From: Setoptus koraiensis
Taxonomy: Eukaryota > Animalia > Arthropoda
NCBI GenBank assembly: GCA_048013815.1
Contig: CM106585.1
Span: 19,716,001 to 19,780,000 of the forward strand
Length of the DNA stretch: 64,000 nt
Direction of reading: 5' to 3'
Position numbers and translations under genes: made by a program
The notes under the pieces: generated by a model
What the model was told of the DNA's origin: nothing
The model's database searches: none
Seen by the model: the letters and a program-made list of their open reading frames with translations, nothing else
Shown here: one piece after another, positions 22,815 through 34,243 of the stretch
Position numbering within the stretch: position 1 is the first letter of the stretch
Layout of the letters: the number at the start of each line of letters is the position of its first letter

Positions 22815-23698
22815 TTACAGTCCACACACCATATTGCGCGGCACGGCAACGTCTATTTATACGGCAGTCGATAGGCAAGATATTATATAATAATAAATAA
22901 ATAAATAAATATATCAGACAACAATTATTATTGTTATGGTAACATAATTGTCTGATTGCGTCACTACTCACCTATCATCTTTGGTTTGTCTAAATTCAAA
23001 TTGTCCATTATGGCCACAAATTCATCTTGTGTCTTTGTGAGGCGCGCATTAAACTTTATTTCTTCGCCAATGGTGGACACAGTTTTGCCTTTGTAATCGT
23101 GAGCTGGATACACAGCGTACTCTGGTGGCAGTGTGAACAATTTAGTGTGAACTGATTGATACAATTTAATTGCCGATCCCTCCTGAAAATCCGTCCTGCC
23201 GCAGCCCCTAATTAGCAATGTGTCCCCAGTGAACAAGAGTTTGTGTTCGTGATCAACTATGCTCATACAGCCGTTTGTGTGTCCTGGTGTGAGTAAAAAA
23301 TTCAATGTGACACTCTGGCCCAATTGTAATTTGGAGCCCTCGTCAACGTAAATATCCGCCTTGGCACCGCTACTTTTGGACACAACACTCTCAAGTTGTT
23401 GCTGCTTCGATGGCTGCTCATCGCTCGTTGATTGTGCCCTGTTGATGATCGCTTTCAATTTGGAATTTCCCGTTACGTGATCCGCGTGAACGTGGCTACT
23501 AATGCAATATTTTAGTTTCAATTGAAGCTCTTGCACATACTGAATATCGCGTTCCACTTGCTCCAACACACAATCAATTATTGCCGCCTCGCCAGTGGTC
23601 GCATCGGCCAACAGGTAGGTGTAAGTGGACGACACCTTGTCGAAGAGCTGCCTAAATAACAGGCCGGCGCCGCGTGATGTTGCCATGTTGCTGGCCAT
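22815..23698 (-). CDS. ETHE1: Persulfide dioxygenase (metallo-beta-lactamase fold): join(22972..23698, 22815..22852)
   Basis: LLFRQLFD..SSTYTYLLAD, HVHADHVTG, TPGHTNGC, GCGRTDFQ and PAHDY motifs. A 119-bp intron (22853-22971) leads to the expected DVAVPRNMVCGL end. Confidence 0.95.
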
Positions 23699-25884
23699 TT
23701 TTTCACTGATTAATACTGATTATTCAATTTATTAATTACTTACATAAAATTGTTACATATGAAACTGGTGTGATTGTCAGCGAATGCTTGTGTGCACGCT
23801 AATCTGACAATTGAGCTGACTGGCAATTATTGAGTAAATATGACAGAAATTGTAGACAGCAAAATAAAATGCATAAAGCACAATACTGATGAGTGTCTAT
23901 CGATCATTAGGATCAATGAATATTCAAATCAGCAATGACTCGTGACGTCGTTTGCTGTTGCTGTTGTCGCCTTAACAGTCTACGGCAACAACAACAACAA
24001 CACATTTGCACAATGTGTAATGGTAAATACACAATTTCCTGTCAGCTGTTGGTGGCGCACGCAGATGCCTGGCCAAGATAAGCTTGTCAGCTTTGCAGCT
24101 TTTTGTTGGCGTTGATTGCCTGTTTGCCGTTGTCTGGTGCGAGGACTGATTGTTGTTGCGAGTGAACATTGGCTCGCTTGTCGCCACCGGTTGCCACCAG
24201 CGGCGGATCCGTTCGAGCGGCCCGTTCGAGCGGCCCATTGGCACTCGAATAGACAAACAACAGACGGGACGGCCCGCTGTGTGTTGTTGTTGTGGTTGTT
24301 GTTGTTGGTGTGTGATTAGCTTGTATAATGGGCCAATTGCTGCGAAAGGGTGCAACTAATCAACTCAAACAACTTTCATCGTCATCAGAGAAGCTCGCTC
24401 AAAACTTCACCTCATCAGTGATTCATCGAGTGCTGCTGGCTAGCAGCAGCAGCAGCAGCAGATAAAACAAAATTTTCCATTTGCGCAAAGTATCGAATGG
24501 CTACATAAATAAATCTTATCTCATGTAGTAAGTTAGTCGCGGTAGTAAGTGTGTTTCGCTTCGGGGGTTAATATAATTAAGTTTATCATCTTAGCCAGCA
24601 TCGTAATGGTCGCAAAGGGCGCCACACTCAGCACCGGCAGCGGCGGCGGCAGCACGCCAGCCTCGCCAACAACGACACGCCAGCAGCGCCAACAAAAACA
24701 TGCCAGCAGCGCCATAAGTGGCCGAGGTGGCTCGGCCCGAGCCGCTGCCCGGACCGAGCCGTGCCATGGCGAGCTTGCCAGCTCTAAGCGAGCACTAATG
24801 TGGCGCTTGTGGCGCTAGTGGCTGCAAAGTGCGCCAGCGAGGCCAAACTGCAGCGAGAGCAAACTGCAGCGAGTGCAAACTCAGTGCAGTGGTCAACTGG
24901 TCAGTCAAGTGGTCAACAAACTGTTTGCGTTGCTGCGAGGGAGCGAGTGAGCGAGAGTTGCGGCTCCGTTAGTTTGCTGCGTTGCGTTATACAGGGCGCA
25001 CACATATGTGCATCTCGCCATATCTTGCGCTGACTGCGTGAGCGAGGTTGCCTGTTTTAAACAGGCTAAACAAACTACATAAACTAGCGGCCGGCCGCTA
25101 ATGGCGGCCAGTTGTTTGCCGACGACGACGACACGCTTGCGATATACATATATATTTATATATAAATAGTTGTTGTATACGCTGCGGTAGTGCGCTCATC
25201 AACGGCCGTTACGGCCAAAGTAACGGGCGGAGTTAATTGGCAAGTGGCAACACTCAACACTTTCACTCACTCACGCTTGTTGTTGTTGTTGCTGTGGTTG
25301 CCGGCAAGCTCGCAGCTACCTGTACGGGCGCTTGCACAGGTAGCTGCCACTGTCGCGACTTGCTGCCGGAGACTGGCTCTGCCTAATGGCCGATGCGCGA
25401 CAGGTTCACCAACGCCGGCCATTGCGAAGCCAATGGATGTATCGACGCGCACAGTTGATAGATTTGTGTCGAGCCATCGGCAGTAGCAACAACAACAACA
25501 GCAACTCTTACAACGGCAACACTATAGAAAACGCATAATAGAGGCCGCAGTCGCAACCGGAAGTAACTAGCAAAAGTTCCAGCCACGTGCCAGCCGGTGA
25601 CAACAGTGACAAGCCACTATCAATGTCATCACAGCAGCAACAACAACGACAGCAACAATTCCGTCTGCAATTCGCCCAGCCAGCTCAACGACCTCAGTGA
25701 AATGAATGGAGGCGACCTCAGAAGGCGACACGCTTCTCATATCTCATATCAAACAGCAACCATAACACACACACACACAAGTGCCAAATCATCAAGTCAA
25801 ACAAATCATCGCAATCAATTGAATTCAATTGATTAATTAATCCAATAATTAAATTCTCTCATCAATTTCTACTACTCTCACGCC

Positions 25885-28800
25885 ATGTGGTCGCAAAATG
25901 TGCTCGACCTGTGGCTGTTGTCGTTGCCCACCTTGGTGCCTTACATGGTGCTCATGTCAATGAAGATGATGGAACGCAAGACGCCATTCACAAGTGAAAC
26001 GTTTCTCTCAGAATACGACTACATCGTGGGTGAGTACACAACTTTGCCAACAACAAAAGCATGATTTTCTCACATGAATTTACAAAAATTGCTCGTGTAT
26101 CGCACGCGTTTGTCTATACGATCAGTGAGAATTTTGAGGCCTTAGTGAGTCGTTGTGCGCTGAAGTGAGCTGGTCAGAGGCCTGATTGTTATAGCCTCAG
26201 ACATTCGATGACAGACTGACAATCAATAATAATAGTAATAGTAGCAATGATAATAAGCAATATAATGCGAGTAATGGATCAACATCAAATATCTCACACG
26301 AATCAAGAGATCAAAACAAAATTCCAAGCAACAGACTGAAGTCAAACCAGCATCGCAGAATTTGAATACTCGCTATATCCTTTTGCTCAGAGAAATAGAT
26401 GCATCAACTTCAGAAGAAGAGGTCAAAGGAATATTCAAAAGCGAGGGATGTCCCTGTCTTCCCATACAATGTGATTATGGCCACAATTACAGCTGGTATG
26501 TTACATTTAAAAATGATGTTGATGCCAAGCTAGCTCTCCACTACATTCGAACGAATGTAACCGTTTTCAAAGGCAAACCCATAATGGCCATGTAACTCAA
26601 AATATTAATACCGCTCCCACGGGACCCGTAGTCAGCGCTCCTAATCACTCTAATGCCAACGTGGTAATGACCAGTATTGTACCATCAACTATAGCGCACA
26701 CATCTACTACAAGTGCTTCATATTCGCCACCGGAACAAACCGAGGCTGTGATGAGCTTGTGCCACATCATATTAGTGTTGTTGGCGAGAAAAGACTGTAT
26801 CAATCGTGGACCAAGGACCCGAAAGTGGCCGTGTTGGGCGATGGTGAGGTGAATTTCGACACAGGAATCATCTCACTGAGGTATCTCATTAATGAATTGC
26901 ATTCGCGGCTATATTCTGAGGGTTTTTCAGAGATATTCGTTGACCAGGTGGATGAAAATGTTTTGGCCATCACTAGGCACAATCCACATACATGTCGATC
27001 GATAATTCTTGTTGCCAGAACTGCCTTTGATAAAGCAGAAGATCCAAACATTGTCGGGCCCACAATACGCTCTATATTTGTGCCGGGAACTATCAAAAAG
27101 GTACTGTTTGAGTCTGTTATGATTGGAGATCCTCAACGACGATCAACAACTGGCTCAATCAGCATATGCAAACCAATGGCAATACTGTTGTCATTCCACA
27201 AGTGATAAAAAACTTGACAATGGCCGACATTAACTACATTTTGTACAGATGCGAGGGCGACGTTTATGATCTGCCAAATCATGGCAAATTCCCATATTGT
27301 GGATTCCAAGGATTCATGTTCACGTTGTCGCATGTGCACGATCAACAAGACCAGGCCCATCCGTTGTGCTGCAACTTGCGAGCGGGCAATTGGCTGATAG
27401 ATCACACTTTGGATCGACTGTCACGACGTAAATCACTGGAGAAATTTCACGAATTCTTGGAGGAACCTCTAGAGGCGGTGAAATTGTTGCCCAGGTCAAT
27501 TGTACCCAAATACTTTGATATGGTCATAATGAGCGGCACTTGGATGGACAAAATGGGCAGCTCTGAGAAAGCAAACACCAAGGGCAGGCCCGCTTCGCCG
27601 CGAGATGGAGCCGCCGTGGAGATTGTGGGCCTCAGTTATGCCGTCATTTAAGAATGATGTTGATGCCAAGCTAGCTCTCCACTACATTCGAACGAATGTA
27701 ACCGTTTTCAAAGGCAAACCCATAATGGCCAGGTTCAAAACTGTAATCCCAAATATTAATACCGCTCCCACGGACATAACAGCCACGCTCAACAGCAACA
27801 GGTAAACCCGATGATCTAACAGCAGCAACAAATTCTACAATGCCAAATCAAGATAATCAAAGCACTAAGACAACTCACAATCAGCATCCTATGTCAAGAA
27901 TGGTTTCAGATAACTCCTCTCCAGGAGATTCACATACAGGTGATTCTATACACGTTTGCTTCCATGAGAACATCATACAATTCTAGTGGAAGACGATCTG
28001 ACTTGTCAGTTATGAGTAGGAATAACCCTCGTAGCCATAATCGGTCGCAACTGAAGGAATTGAATAGCAACTCTATCGATAAACCCAACGATACTAAACA
28101 AAACACTTTGTCACCAGGGATAAAAAACAGTAACAGTGAACCAGCTGGAACTGAGAGCCTTCTCAATTGCAATCTATCAAAAGCGTCACCTTCGACCACG
28201 ACCAATTTAAATATTGATGTTAACGATAAGAATAACAATAATAGGAAGCAAACCAACAGCCAGGTTACACCAAATCAACAACCAGATAATCATATTTCTT
28301 CACGGGCCAAGTCCTCAGCCGGTGACCACCCAGCTTCTCGCTCAGCAAACATCAACCAGTATCACCCATCATCATCATCATCTGCTACTAATAACATACA
28401 GCAGTTACACCATCCTATCTGGGTCATGGAGGTGTAACTCGCTGTCTACTAGGCTGATTGTTGCAACTTAAAGTGACTTGAATTGTGTGCATTTATTCAA
28501 CAGATGATAATATTTACTGTATTCGTCTGACATATGGGTGATGACAACAGTGGACTTATGCGCCATTCGAGCATAAGTGACACTGACATAACAAGTGACA
28601 TAATGGCTGCGAATGATGCAAGCGACGCAAGTGAGTGACAGGAAAAGGAAGAGTGTAGCGGGCGCCCATCGCTCATGATATTCATAACAGTGTTTATGGC
28701 AAGCTCGAGTGGCGCTCAACAGTGGCTGTCGCTCAACAGGGGCTGTCAGATTGTTGAGCGTTGCGTCTCGCAGAGGAGCTGCAAACAAGCTAAAGGCGAC

Positions 28801-31800
28801 GTACAGGTGACGCGAATTCCTGAAAGTTTTCCAATGGCGCCGGTCAGCGCCGACCAACGCCGAGTTTCCTATTGACCATGCGGCACCGCACCGCATCTCG
28901 GCCAGCCACCACTTAACACTGCTGCCCGGCTACCTGACTGATTGAGCTAGCTCGCCGGCTGGTGCATGTCGGTCGTTGCCCATGCCGGCAATTCATTTTA
29001 GATGAACATAGAGAGAGAGAGAGTCAACGGTATTATTATTATTATTGCCTCTACTGAGCGCCGCTGTGCGATGTTATTATTTGACCCCGACACACACACA
29101 CACAGAGTTGGCTGAGTAGTTGCTTGCAGCGACTACTCAGGCAAATTTGACGCGACTTTTATAGCGGCGACGATGACGCTTTCAAGTTATATTTACGCAA
29201 CAATGATTGCACCGTTGCATCAAACAAGAGTGATTCTGGCCGGTTCGGCCGGCCAGCGGTTGCATAAAACAAACAACGACGGCACACAATTCGGCTTGTT
29301 GGCTCTCTCTCTCTCATCTTGTTCCTCGTCGCTCTTCGCACAGTCGCTCTTCGCATGGCGCCGTACACTGCAAGACTGCGATGGCCACTTAGGCCATCGG
29401 CTGCGCTGATAACATATTCAGCGAGCACACAAAATTGGTTGGCATCTTGCCATTTAGCTTGCCAACTTGTCCAGTGGCGACCGTTTTACACAGCGGCGAG
29501 ACACTGGACACAGCAATTGCGATACAACAATTGCGATACAACCGTAACCGTACACAACCGCTGCGGTGCAATTGTTGGCTTACAAGCGCTGTTAGCGAAG
29601 GGCCGAGATGCGACGCGACACAAAACGGCTAATTGATTGGCTCATTTTGGCAAATCACCTCATTTTCGTCTCATGCAACATTTTTATTTATTTTGTGCCT
29701 GCTTTGTGAGGCAAAAACGGCTGGCGTGCCACAGCGCCGTTATGACCAATGCAGGCTCCATCTGTCAGTCGGTGTCTGTCCGTCTCTATCTGTCCGTCTC
29801 TATTTGTCAGTCGGCGACCGTCAGCCGGCAACCGGCAGTCGGCCCGTTGTGTGCGATACGCTGTCGGTGGCACTGCGCGTCGTCGTCGCATAATGACAGT
29901 TACGTAAGATAGTAATAGTTATTTAAGATGCGTATAATAGCGCAAGTTACATCGAGCCACTCGACTCGAGTGGCCTCACAATCTGAGCCTTAGATGCGCC
30001 TGGCATGCAATCTGCGGCCAGCCATCGCGGCCAAATCTTGGCCAGCAATGGCCGGCAATAGGCACCGGCGAGCTGGCCAATGCCAATTACCGGCCAATAT
30101 CAATTGCTGGCCCATGCCAATTGCCAATGGCCATTGAGCCGGCAAAACAATATCGAGCCGCTAAGCGTCCGCGGCTAACGCGCTTCCACATGCGGAATCC
30201 ACATTGTGGATTCCGCATGCGCCCCGTCGGAGCCGGCGACACTGTCGGCCGGGCCTCACTCCATGTACATAGGCCGCATGTACACATGACATGTGTGCAT
30301 GCCGTATTAGGCGACGCTGGCCGTATTTGGCCAGCAAGTCGTACATAATCATAATCATCATCATTATCATATATGATTAGTATTAGTGAGTGTGTGTGTG
30401 TGACGCAACATGACGCTAATTATGGTCCATCGGGCACTCCACTAGGCGTAACGGCGCACAGGCCGCTAATTCGCACTAATAACTGCATGCCACTCTATGC
30501 TAATTGTTCGCCATGCCATCAAACGCGACATATCCGGATATGCTGCGGCCATAAGCGGCCCATCCAGACATATGCTATAGCGATCCCATGCGCTCTTGTC
30601 ACGACACACAATCTGTTCATACGACTAATTAATATCTCCTTGCCACGCCATTCCCGTCTGACGCTGTCACTTGGTCCCGCCGCTTAATGCCGCTCGGTCC
30701 CGCCGCTCAATGCCGCTCGGTCCCGCCGCTTAATTCCGGCCATCGGCCCGCGCGCAAATACGCGACCGCCGCGTAACATGCAACCGGCGCTAATGTCACC
30801 GGCTCACTGGCGGACACGCACATAATCCGGACGGACACACATAATGCGGACACACATGATCCGGACGGACACACAATTATACGGATACGCAATGCGGACA
30901 CACACAATTCACATTATAAGTGGGCGCGGGCTCGGCCGGCGCCGTGGTCGCCAACCGGCTCAGCGAGAACCCCAACGTCAAGGTGCTGCTACTAGAGGCG
31001 GGCGGCTACGAGAACTGGCAGTCGGAAATACCCATCATGGCGTCCCGGTTGCAGGTGACCGCCCAAGACTGGCAGTACTACACGGAACCCCAAAAGCACG
31101 CCTGTTTCGCCATGAAGGAAAACCGGTCTAGGTGGCCCCGCGGCAAGGTGCTGGGCGGCTCGTCCACGCTCAACTACATGCTGTACGTGCGCGGCAATAA
31201 GCGCGACTACGACCTGTGGGCCTCATTGGGCAACACAGGCTGGTCCTGGGACGACGTGTTTCCCTATTTCGTCAAGTCGGAGGACAACCGCGACCCGGAC
31301 ATCATCAAGAACGGCTACCACGGTGAGTCGGTCATTATGCAACCCTTGCTGCCCCCACTGCCCCCGCTACCTCATGTCGGCGGCTCTGTTTGCATTCCTG
31401 GTGCCCCCATGATTTATTTGCACTGTCGACTAACCGTTCAGTTGTTTCGTTTCATCGCACGCGTCGCTAATTGGCGCTAATTATCTCATCGGTGCCCCCG
31501 TTTGTGTCGCTCGCAATCGGTGGTCCGACCCGCGACGGCTCCCGCTGGCTCCCACCGGCTCCCTATTGGAATAACCGGAATCACTGGAATAACCGGAATC
31601 ACTGGAATGACTGAACTAATCGCGACAATGCGGATCGTCAGGCCACGGCGGGCCGCTCACCGTCTCGACGCCCCACTACACCACGCCCATCGGCGGCGCC
31701 TTCATCGAGGCGGGCAAGATCTACGGGTACCCCAATGTCGACATCAACGGCCAGCAGCAGGCCGGATTTGCCATACCGCAGGGCACCATAAGGCGGGGCG

Positions 31801-33038
31801 CGCGCTGCTCTACCTCGAAGGCGTACTTGCGCGACGTGCGCGGCAAGCGACCCAACCTGCACGTGGTCATTTGGGCCATGGTCACCAGGGTACTGTTCAA
31901 TCAGCAGAAGCGGGCCATTGGCGTTGAGTTTGACCGGCGCGGATTGCGCCACAAGGTGCTCGCCAGGCACGAGGTCATACTGTCAGCGGGCGCCGTCAAC
32001 TCGCCCCAATTGCTCATGCTGTCGGGCATTGGGCCCGCCGAGCATCTGCTTCAGCTGGGCCTGCCCGTGGTGCATCATTCGCCGGGCGTTGGTCAAAATC
32101 TGCAGGATCACATAGGTACGGGCGGCTTGCACTTTCTCACTGAGGCGCCCGTCACGGTGGTAATGCCGCGCGTGTATGTGGCCAAATCGTTTACGCAATT
32201 CTCCACGCTGGGCATTGGTCCGCTCACCATGTTGGGCGGCCTGGACGGGCTGGGCTTCATCAATACGCGGTACGCAAATCACAGCGACGATTGGCCCGAC
32301 GTAGAGATACATTTCATACCGTCGTGTCCGTCGTCGGACGGCGGCGAAGCGGTGCGCAAGGCCATGGGTATGCGCGACGAGGTGTTCAATCACGCCTACA
32401 TGCCCCACTTGTACGACGACGCGTACAGTTATTATCCGGTGCTGCTGAGGCCCAAATCTACAGGTTGGATCAAGTTGCGCAGCTCGAACCCATACGACAT
32501 GCCCGTCATACAGCCCAATTATTTGTCGCATCCGGACGACGTGGCCGTACTGGTGGACTCGCTCAAGTTGTCCATTGCGATGGGCAAATCGGACCCATTC
32601 AAGAAGTTCAATCCGAAAATTTGGGACAGATTGTGGTACGGATGCGAAAAGTATCCGCCCTACGGCGACCTGTATCTAGAATGTCTAACCCGGTCATACA
32701 CGGCCACTATTTATCATCCGGTGGGCACGGCCAAAATGGGTTTGCCCGACGACGAGTACGCGGTTGTAGATCCGCAATTGCGCGTGTACGGCGTTACGGG
32801 ATTGCGCGTCATAGACGCCAGCATCATGCCAAAGATTGTGTCAGGCAACACAAATGCGCCCATCATTATGATTGGCGAAAAGGGCGCCGATCTCATTAAG
32901 GGCCACCTCAGGTACCCCGATGCGTCGCTGAAGCCAGGCAAGGCCAAGTTGCCCTACTATTTGACGCTACCCGAGCACGAGCAGGCAAAGTACGCAAGCG
33001 GACCCATGGGCAAGCTGGGCAAACTGTTCTCGGGTTGA
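25885..33038 (+). CDS. GMC oxidoreductase (glucose dehydrogenase [FAD]-like): join(25885..26029, 30921..31322, 31642..33038), about 647 aa
   Basis: Exon 1 ends at SEYDYIV and splices across a 4.9-kb intron into [16 protein letters not shown]. Also [30 protein letters not shown] and [16 protein letters not shown]. All junctions are GT-AG and in frame. Confidence 0.93.
26220..26740 (+). pseudogene. LARP4-derived fragment (RRM region) with stops and deletions; left part of the mosaic
   Basis: [26 protein letters not shown]...[34 protein letters not shown] matches the LARP4 RRM. It is bounded by in-frame stops. Confidence 0.8.
26730..27647 (+). pseudogene. Deleted copy of AGL segments 18106-18509, 18725-18844, 18860-19134 and 19891-20005
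   Basis: Direct nucleotide identity to the AGL gene in this window, with about five substitutions counted by eye. Confidence 0.97.
27645..28440 (+). pseudogene. Second LARP4-derived block: repeats the RRM second half, then a low-complexity 3' region
   Basis: 27645-27770 repeats 26504-26620 with different deletions. The downstream N/S/Q-rich coding-like sequence is assigned to LARP4 only by continuity. Confidence 0.65.
30189..30219. repeat. Perfect 15-1-15 palindrome
   Basis: CATGCGGAATCCACA-T-TGTGGATTCCGCATG. Confidence 0.95.
30673..30734. repeat. 23-bp minisatellite, about 2.7 copies (GGTCCCGCCGCTYAATGCCGCTC)
   Basis: Units start at 30673, 30696 and 30719. Confidence 0.9.
30812..30910. 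repeat. Degenerate GGACACACA(T)AAT/CCGGAC repeats immediately upstream of the GMC exon 2 acceptor
   Basis: Visible directly in the sequence. Confidence 0.75.
31568..31612. repeat. 9/18-bp tandem repeat (GGAATAACC GGAATCACT) in GMC intron 2
   Basis: Visible directly in the sequence. Confidence 0.9.
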
Positions 33039-33337
33039 GGCGCCGCCGCGGGCCAAACAAAACAACGCAAACAGCTCAAACAAAAGCAACAACAACAAAA
33101 AATAACAACCAACGAATGCGATTATCACTATTACTGTTATTATTTTTATTATTATTATTATTGTTATTATTATTGTACGAATGCGATTATTGTTGTGCAC
33201 AACGAGTGTACGAAAATAACAACAAAATGACACACACACACAATGCCCACACGGACGTCTGGTTCACTGGGGCCCCAGTTCAGGGCCGAAGTCGACACAG
33301 CATCATGTATTAAGTATTGTATGGTATAAATAGAGCA

Positions 33338-33340
<3 letters not shown>

Positions 33341-33369
<29 letters not shown>
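33341..33369. repeat. (GA)n microsatellite
   Basis: Visible directly in the sequence. Confidence 0.95.
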
Positions 33370-33373
<4 letters not shown>

Positions 33374-34200
33374 AGACGTCAACAATGACAGCGCAAACAC
33401 ACAAACAATCACACGACATGACAACGGCGACAGCAACACTCAAAACTGGCGGCCCAATGATCCCAATCGGTGCGCCCTCACCTGGGGCCTCATTTGTCGC
33501 GGGCTCAAGCGAGCCCGGCGGCCCGAAATAGCTGCTGCGGTCGAGCATGCTGCAGAATGTTCTTGACATGTCCGAGCAAGTGCAAGCTGTTACAGCGGAT
33601 TCCAGATGCCAGCATGCCACAAGATGTCGGCCAGTTAAAATCGTCCAGCCAGCAAACACAATTTTGTGTGGGCATGAACTTGAACGCCTTTGCCTTTGCC
33701 AATATGCCAATATTTGTTAAATATTTATAATGTGATACTCGTACACCGCCAGCCAGAGTATTATTCAAGTGCCAAACCATTACGAGCCATTCTGACAGGC
33801 CGAGCTTGTACGGGTGCCCGGGAGAAAACTAAAGGACGCTTTAAAAACTGTGAACCGCAGCAAATTTGCTTGCTACGCTATTACTTGCCGTCGCTTGCTG
33901 TTGGTTGCGCCGATACGACCACCACTGCCGCGAACACACTGACGCGGGCCCCATTTTCAAGTGCAACCCAACAATTGTGTGTGTGTGTGTGTGTGTGTAA
34001 ACAGGCAGTATCATTGCATTGGTCGTTGTGAAGGTCGTTATGCGGCGGCGATATATCGCCACCGCCTAGCTACCAGACAGCGAGGCGGTCTAGACAGTGG
34101 CGCCGAGCCAGCAGCCACGCTGATAGGAATTTTAAAGGAACGGATATCGCTCGCGAAGCCCTAACAGCCGTCTAAGATCTTTGGGTTCGAAGTTGGAACC

Positions 34201-34243
34201 GGCGGCCAACAGTGGATGGCGGCCCACAGTGGATGGCGGCCAC
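34201..34243. repeat. 17-bp tandem repeat, about 2.5 copies (GGCGGCCMACAGTGGAT)
   Basis: Units start at 34201, 34218 and 34235. Confidence 0.85.

Noticed and set aside
23972-25836. Many short ORFs in the GC-rich and microsatellite-rich tract, also at 28468-30907, 33035-36400 and 49339-50175
   Set aside because: Their length is explained by low stop-codon frequency and simple repeats; they have no domains.
26180-28462. Autonomous or Pack-type transposon around the mosaic
   Set aside because: No transposase, RT or Rep-helicase ORF, no terminal inverted repeats, and no clear Helitron TC...CTRR ends or poly-A tail were seen.
30673-30910. CRISPR-like repeat array
   Set aside because: The repeats are directly adjacent with no unique spacers, and the context is eukaryotic with no cas genes.
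30921-33038. Horizontal transfer of the GC-rich GMC gene
   Set aside because: It has spliceosomal introns, including one inside the FAD-binding YDYIV|VGAG motif, and an arthropod-type N-terminus. Composition alone is not evidence.
33303-33780. Overlapping minus-strand ORFs with a GTGAGG donor-like site downstream of the GMC gene
   Set aside because: No recognisable domain in any frame and no supported exon chain.
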